From Candidatus Hydrogenedens sp. (GTDB lineage: Bacteria > Hydrogenedentota > Hydrogenedentia > Hydrogenedentales > Hydrogenedentaceae), in NCBI GenBank assembly GCA_049968235.1, contig JBMFRC010000006.1:96001-160000 (forward strand): a stretch of DNA of 64,000 nucleotides, written 5' to 3'. The position numbers and the translations under genes were made by a program. Of the stretch, positions 59,176 to 64,000 are shown piece after piece (within the stretch, counting starts at the first letter, position 1; each line of letters begins with the position of its first letter). The notes beneath the pieces are model-generated. The model did not search any database and was not told the origin of the DNA. It saw only the letters and a list, made by a program, of their open reading frames with translations.

Positions 59176-60216
59176 TTACTTTTTGTAATAAGACTTTATA
59201 TCGTCAAGGGTTAATGGTTTATAGTCACCGGCATGTCCCGATTGTCCAAAAGCCTTCATTCTTTCAACATATACTTGATATGCCGCTTCACGAGCCGGTT
59301 TTAAATAATCTCTGGGGTCAAATTTATCCGGCTGTTCCCATAAAACTTTACGAATGGCGCCGGTTATTGCTAAACGACTATCGGTATCAACATTTATTTT
59401 ACGGACACCATTTTCAATACCTTTTTTAATCTCTTCTAATGGAATACCTTTGGTCCCTGGCATTTTACCACCATATTTGTTAATTATGTCTACTAATTCC
59501 TGGGGGACAGAACTGGAGCCATGCATAACCATGTGGCAATTGGGCATTCTTTTATGAATTTCAATAATACGTTCCATAGCTAATTTTGGCGGTAATACTT
59601 CGCCTGTAACGGGGTCTTTTCTTGAGGATTTATATGCACCATGACTTGTTCCGATAGCAACAGCAAGCGCATCTACACCCGTTATTTTTACAAATTCTTC
59701 TGCCTGTGCGGGGTCTGTTAAATGGGCTTCTACATCTTTATCGGACAAACCTGCTCCATGTCCATCTTCAATTCCACCCAGACAACCTAATTCCGCTTCT
59801 ACTGTAACACCTAACGGGTGTGCTAATTCAACAACCTTCATTGTAACTTCAAGGTTATCCTGATATGTATTTGGTGTTTTTGCATCTTCTTTAAGAGAGC
59901 CATCTATCATGACAGATGTAAAACCAAGTTCTATTGCTTGCTTACATGTTTCTACACTGTTTCCATGGTCTAAATGCAATGCAACGGGAATATGGGGATA
60001 TTCCTCTACTGCCGCTTCCATCAGTTTTTTAAGGTAAATCATCTTACTATATTTCAACGCTCCCCGACTTGCCTGTATAATAACAGGGCTGTTGGTATCG
60101 TTTGCAGCCTGCATAATTGCCTGGATTTGCTCCATATTATTTACATTGAAAGCACCAACACCGTAGCCACCTCTGGCTGCTTCATCAAGAATTTGTCTCA
60201 TAGGAACTAATGGCAT
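59176..60216 (-). CDS. fba: Fructose-bisphosphate aldolase, class II
   Basis: The protein starts MPLVPMRQILD... and contains HLDHG and the zinc-binding His motifs. Confidence 0.9.
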   Translation of the reverse strand: MPLVPMRQILDEAARGGYGVGAFNVNNMEQIQAIMQAANDTNSPVIIQASRGALKYSKMIYLKKLMEAAVEEYPHIPVALHLDHGNSVETCKQAIELGFTSVMIDGSLKEDAKTPNTYQDNLEVTMKVVELAHPLGVTVEAELGCLGGIEDGHGAGLSDKDVEAHLTDPAQAEEFVKITGVDALAVAIGTSHGAYKSSRKDPVTGEVLPPKLAMERIIEIHKRMPNCHMVMHGSSSVPQELVDIINKYGGKMPGTKGIPLEEIKKGIENGVRKINVDTDSRLAITGAIRKVLWEQPDKFDPRDYLKPAREAAYQVYVERMKAFGQSGHAGDYKPLTLDDIKSYYKK

Positions 60217-60353
60217 AACATTTCTCCTTAATTTAATTGTTTATAGTATTATTACTCTTACAGTTTTTATAGATTTCATTTACACTTAAACTTATAGGAT
60301 TATAGACGGGTAGATATAAGTTGAGTAATTATAACATTTATCGAAAATATAAA

Positions 60354-61052
60354 TCAAACACCTTTTTCTAAATTAAAAACAGGGTATTTGTTTAAGGGGC
60401 ATTGTGAGCATTTAGATATTTTTCTACAATAATCTTTTCCTGTCCAGACAATAAGCCCATGATATTCTTTATAAATATGGACATCTCGAGGTAAATATTT
60501 GTGAAAATAGTTTTGTATCTCATTATAATTTAATTTTTCATTGAGAAGTCCATGTCTTGAAAAGATTCTTTTGGTGTATGCATCTACAACAAAAATCTGA
60601 TGTCCACATGCATATAGTAAAATATCATCAGCAGTTTCGGGACCGATACCTTTTATATTTAGTAGTTCATTTCTCAATTCAATTGTATTTTTGTGTTTCA
60701 TTTTTTCAATTTTTCCATCATATTTGTCAATCAAATAATTACAAAATATGATGAGCCGTTCCGCTTTTTGTCGGAAATATCCTGAGGGGCGAATAGCCTG
60801 TTCTAATTGATTTTTATTACATTGGACTATTTTATAAGGGTTGAGTAATTGTTGGTTTTTCAAATTCTCTATGGCTTTTTCCACATTAGTCCATGCTGTA
60901 TTTTGTGTTAATATAGCACCTATAGCTATTTCAAATGGGGTATCACCGGGCCACCAGCCTGTTGGGCCATAAAAATCCGATAAGGTATTATAAATATCCA
61001 TTAATTTTGGTTGTTCTATTGTCTCTCTCTTCTTCCTATTACAAAACTTCAT
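60354..61052 (-). CDS. HhH-GPD superfamily DNA glycosylase (endonuclease III-like)
   Basis: A helix-hairpin-helix LLNIKGIGPETADDILLYA is followed by the catalytic Asp (VVDAYTKR) and C-terminal Cys residues. Confidence 0.65.
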   Translation of the reverse strand: MKFCNRKKRETIEQPKLMDIYNTLSDFYGPTGWWPGDTPFEIAIGAILTQNTAWTNVEKAIENLKNQQLLNPYKIVQCNKNQLEQAIRPSGYFRQKAERLIIFCNYLIDKYDGKIEKMKHKNTIELRNELLNIKGIGPETADDILLYACGHQIFVVDAYTKRIFSRHGLLNEKLNYNEIQNYFHKYLPRDVHIYKEYHGLIVWTGKDYCRKISKCSQCPLNKYPVFNLEKGV

Positions 61053-61054
61053 GT

Positions 61055-61987
61055 TTATGTTATTCTTTCAACTTCATTCCGTATTGCTCGGATGTGTTCA
61101 GGTGTGGTTCCACAACATCCGCCAATAATTCTGGCTCCATTTTTATAAAAATTAAAAACATATTTTGCCAATATTTCCGGTGTTTCCGGATAATGAATTC
61201 CTTCATCAGTTAATTGAGGTTGCCCTGCATTGGGATATACTAAAAAGGGTATTTCTTTTTCAAAAGCATACATTTTTTGCAATAGGATATTCATGTCCTC
61301 AACGCTTAATGTGCAATTTACCCCAAGAATAGAAACTCCTATTTGTTTCATCTCTTGAATAAACATTTCCGGTGTTGTACCCATAATCGTGTTAAAACGT
61401 TCTCCGATACTACTTCTCATAAAAGTAAAACTGACAACTATCTCCAATTTTGTATTTTCTTTTACAGCATATACAGCACATCGAGCTTCATCCAAATCGG
61501 ACATTGTTTCAATTGTGCAAGAATCTGCTCCCCCTTCTTCTAAGGCAATAGCCTGCTCACGGAATGCTTCATACAACTCATCTTCGGATACATCACCCAT
61601 CATTATAAATTTACCACTGGGACCGATAGAAGCAAGAACATGATGCTCTTCCCCTATTGCTTTTCTTGTTAGATAAGCAGATTTCCTGTTGATTTCTTTT
61701 GCTTCATCTTCTAAACCAAAAGACTTTAATTTTATCCGATTTCCACCGAAACTATTCGTTGAGACCAAATCGGCTCCTGCTTCCTTATACGCAATGGCAA
61801 TATCACCTATGATGTCCGGATGTTTAACATTCCATAGTTCTGGACATTCCCCTGCCTGCATGCCTGCTTTTATTAATAATGTTCCCCATCCCCCATCACC
61901 GACCAGAATTTTACCCGCCTTTATTGATGCTAAAATACTATCCATTAACTTTTTTCTTCTCCCATCCTTTTTATTAAGTGTTTCCAT
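61055..61987 (-). CDS. Homocysteine S-methyltransferase domain protein (MetH N-terminal-module-like)
   Basis: The protein contains ILVGDGGWGT, DLVSTNSF and a C-terminal GGCCGTTPEHI, the zinc/Hcy-binding cysteines. Confidence 0.8.
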   Translation of the reverse strand: METLNKKDGRRKKLMDSILASIKAGKILVGDGGWGTLLIKAGMQAGECPELWNVKHPDIIGDIAIAYKEAGADLVSTNSFGGNRIKLKSFGLEDEAKEINRKSAYLTRKAIGEEHHVLASIGPSGKFIMMGDVSEDELYEAFREQAIALEEGGADSCTIETMSDLDEARCAVYAVKENTKLEIVVSFTFMRSSIGERFNTIMGTTPEMFIQEMKQIGVSILGVNCTLSVEDMNILLQKMYAFEKEIPFLVYPNAGQPQLTDEGIHYPETPEILAKYVFNFYKNGARIIGGCCGTTPEHIRAIRNEVERIT

Positions 61988-62784
61988 GTTTCTTTCACTA
62001 AAAAACTATTTGGGGCATCTTTTTCAACCTGTAAAAACAATTCCCATGGGAAAGCAATTGTTAAATAGTTATCACCTATCTGCTTTTTAACATTTAATCG
62101 TGCAGAAATATCTGTCAAACCAATAACCGATTTAGGCTCTTCACCTTCTTTTATATATGCCCAAATACCTATTGTCTGACATCCTGCTGAATACGGAGCA
62201 ATGACGCTATTCATTGTTCTACTACGGAAATTGGCAAGGATTATTAATGCTGACAACTGATGTGGCTCCACTAAAAAAACGACCGTCCTGGGTTGTTCAA
62301 TATCAGAATTCACTTGTGATAAAGGCTTGAAGATAACATAATCATATGGGATATCGATAATGGGTAATGATTGAATAAAATTCTGAACTTGCTCCGGTGC
62401 GGATAGATACCCTTCTCCATATAAGAAATCCTGTATAAATTCAGGTGTAACTAAATTTCTAATTTGTTCTGCGACACCTTCGCCAATAGGATTCCCCTTA
62501 TTACCTGTCGAAAGAAATCTACAAAAACAATCTTCACCTCCGGGAAAATCTTTATAACAATTTCCGAAACCAAGTCCGATACCACCACCCCAACAGCCAT
62601 AGGTCTCCCGAGAGAATACCGCTGTCTTCCCCTTGGCAGAACTAACGAACCACCACATTACACAACCCCATTTGCCAGGTTTAAATTCTATCGCATGTTC
62701 TGGTTTTTGATTTGACCATAATATCGCTACAGGCTCATATTTCAAAGATAATAAATCCGAAAGAATCGTTTTCATACTTTTCAC
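61945..62784 (-). CDS. DUF169-family protein
   Basis: A conserved uncharacterised family recognised by overall pattern. It lies between the corrinoid protein and the Hcy methyltransferase genes. Confidence 0.5.
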   Translation of the reverse strand: MKSMKTILSDLLSLKYEPVAILWSNQKPEHAIEFKPGKWGCVMWWFVSSAKGKTAVFSRETYGCWGGGIGLGFGNCYKDFPGGEDCFCRFLSTGNKGNPIGEGVAEQIRNLVTPEFIQDFLYGEGYLSAPEQVQNFIQSLPIIDIPYDYVIFKPLSQVNSDIEQPRTVVFLVEPHQLSALIILANFRSRTMNSVIAPYSAGCQTIGIWAYIKEGEEPKSVIGLTDISARLNVKKQIGDNYLTIAFPWELFLQVEKDAPNSFLVKETWKHLIKRMGEEKS

Positions 62785-63462
62785 TTAACTTGCTAATCCT
62801 AATTTTTCATCGAGATATTCAATACAACCTTGTGGGTCTGGGGAATAGGCATCTGCACCTATTTTATTGCAAAAGTCTTGTGTCAATGGTGCTCCTCCTA
62901 CTACTATGGTAACATCAGGAACTTCCGATTTCAGGACTTTAACTGCTTTCTCCATGTTAATCATTGTAGTTGTTAACAGGGCACTCATTCCGACAACAGC
63001 ACCCGGATTTTCTTTTAATACTTGAAGGAATTTTTCAGGGGAAGTATCAACGCCCAAATCTATAACTTTCCAGCCAGCACCTTCCATCATCATTCGAACA
63101 AGATTTTTACCTATATCGTGTAAATCCCCCTGAACTGTTCCTATAATAAAAATTCCTTTATGTTTTGCTTCGCCCCGTTCAAAAGCACTTTTTAAAAAGG
63201 GCATACCCGCATTCATTGCTCGCGCTGACATTAAAACATCCGGAACAAACACTTCATTACAACTAAACTTTTTACCAATAACACTCATACCTTTCATCAA
63301 GCCATCACTTAATATTTGACTTGCAGGTATTCCCATTGCAAGTGCTTGTTGAACTAATTCTTCTGCTCCATCCTGTCCTTTTAAGTCAGGTGGATAAGGA
63401 GAATTTTTGTTAATTTTCCCTCTTTCAACGCAAGTTGCAATTTGTTCCAAAATATTTTCCAT
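62785..63462 (-). CDS. Cobalamin-binding corrinoid protein (B12-binding cap + Rossmann domain, MetH/MtaC-like)
   Basis: The DxHxxG motif (DLHDIGKN), SALLTTT and GGAP are present. An N-terminal helical cap domain is also present. Confidence 0.85.
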   Translation of the reverse strand: MENILEQIATCVERGKINKNSPYPPDLKGQDGAEELVQQALAMGIPASQILSDGLMKGMSVIGKKFSCNEVFVPDVLMSARAMNAGMPFLKSAFERGEAKHKGIFIIGTVQGDLHDIGKNLVRMMMEGAGWKVIDLGVDTSPEKFLQVLKENPGAVVGMSALLTTTMINMEKAVKVLKSEVPDVTIVVGGAPLTQDFCNKIGADAYSPDPQGCIEYLDEKLGLAS

Positions 63463-63525
63463 AGTTATTTCCTTCTCTTGTTTATAAACCTTTGTTAGAT
63501 AAACTCTCTTTTAATTATTAATAAA

Positions 63526-63849
63526 TTAAGAAATCCTTTTCCAATTGTGACCCCCGCCTTTTTTACATGGGACATTGCCATAAGGGCTATCCTTTGACCT
63601 TATTAGTAAGCCACATTTACTACATTGATAATTTCTATCTCCGACTTCACCCAAACAACGCCAGGAATGTCCACCGCCTGCATTATAACTTCCCATCATG
63701 GGTTGATTTACTGATTCTATATGCGTCCCACATTTGGGGCAATAATAGTTTTTTAGGGATTTTACTTCGGCTAATGTGGAATGAGTAAGAAGAAATAGAA
63801 AAAGAATTAAACACATTATAGTTATGAGAAAATATATTTTTCGTTTCAT
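63526..63849 (-). CDS. Small secreted Cys-rich protein with internally duplicated CxxC...GGGHxW module
   Basis: After a signal peptide the sequence reads CPKCGTHIES...GGGHSWRC and then CSKCGLLIRS...GGGHNWKR, a two-fold internal repeat. Confidence 0.45.
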   Translation of the reverse strand: MKRKIYFLITIMCLILFLFLLTHSTLAEVKSLKNYYCPKCGTHIESVNQPMMGSYNAGGGHSWRCLGEVGDRNYQCSKCGLLIRSKDSPYGNVPCKKGGGHNWKRIS

Positions 63850-64000
63850 AATAAATCTCCTTTCCAGATTGTTATATTTTCTATAATAACATAGTTAATA
63901 TATAAAAATGATATAATTCCTCCGTTCAAATCAAATTCAATCTTTAAGTATTAGCATGAATATTCCAGTACAAGAAAATAAAAAAGAGATTTCTAACCTA

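Noticed and set aside
1-64000. CRISPR arrays, insertion sequences, integrases and prophage genes
   Set aside because: I scanned for regularly spaced direct repeats of 25-40 nt and for transposase, integrase or recombinase-like translations and found none. The only repeats are short intragenic or intergenic ones reported in the findings.

Overview
This ~64 kb window is AT-rich (roughly one-third G+C by eye) and densely coding: about 57 protein genes, one tRNA, and two clear hairpin terminators. I saw no transposase, integrase, CRISPR array or phage gene. It therefore reads as chromosomal backbone of a probably Gram-negative anaerobe. Gram-negative character is suggested by an O-antigen-ligase-like gene, two LPS-kinase-like genes and an OMP-like barrel. 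Anaerobic character is suggested by tandem bacteriohemerythrins, radical-SAM ThiH, PntAB and a hydrogenase-like Fe-S protein. Most of the genes are core housekeeping (mltG-ruvX, xth, valS, thiC, thiGH, purM-purSL-purQ, rnd, ahcY, glmS, fba, pntAB). Several stretches are not explained by housekeeping. The one most likely to be a system is a tightly packed five-gene minus-strand operon (18245-21840). It encodes two DRTGG-domain proteins, a PHP phosphoesterase, a stand-alone GHKL ATPase, and a 526-aa fusion of a GHKL ATPase, two ferredoxin motifs, a degenerate [FeFe]-hydrogenase H-cluster-like domain and an RnfB-type Fe-S domain. This resembles the poorly characterised regulatory modules that accompany sensory or bifurcating [FeFe] hydrogenases, but no catalytic hydrogenase lies in this window. 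A second block (34869-41197) encodes two tandem Kdo/WaaP-family kinase-like proteins, an orphan GAF histidine kinase, a small Lys-rich membrane protein, a TPR + zinc-ribbon polytopic membrane protein and an O-antigen-ligase-like protein. I read this as a candidate envelope-modification and signalling locus. A 5'-truncated giant surface protein ends in a PASTA domain followed by a hydrophobic tail. There is a Tat-signal aldo/keto reductase with a Cys-rich C-terminal extension. A corrinoid-protein/DUF169/homocysteine-methyltransferase trio looks like a split methionine-synthase-like system. A secreted sialidase-like + ceramidase-like pair sits together. An orphan 503-aa protein has no recognisable features. 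All calls come from reading the six-frame translations and the DNA by eye; no searches were run.
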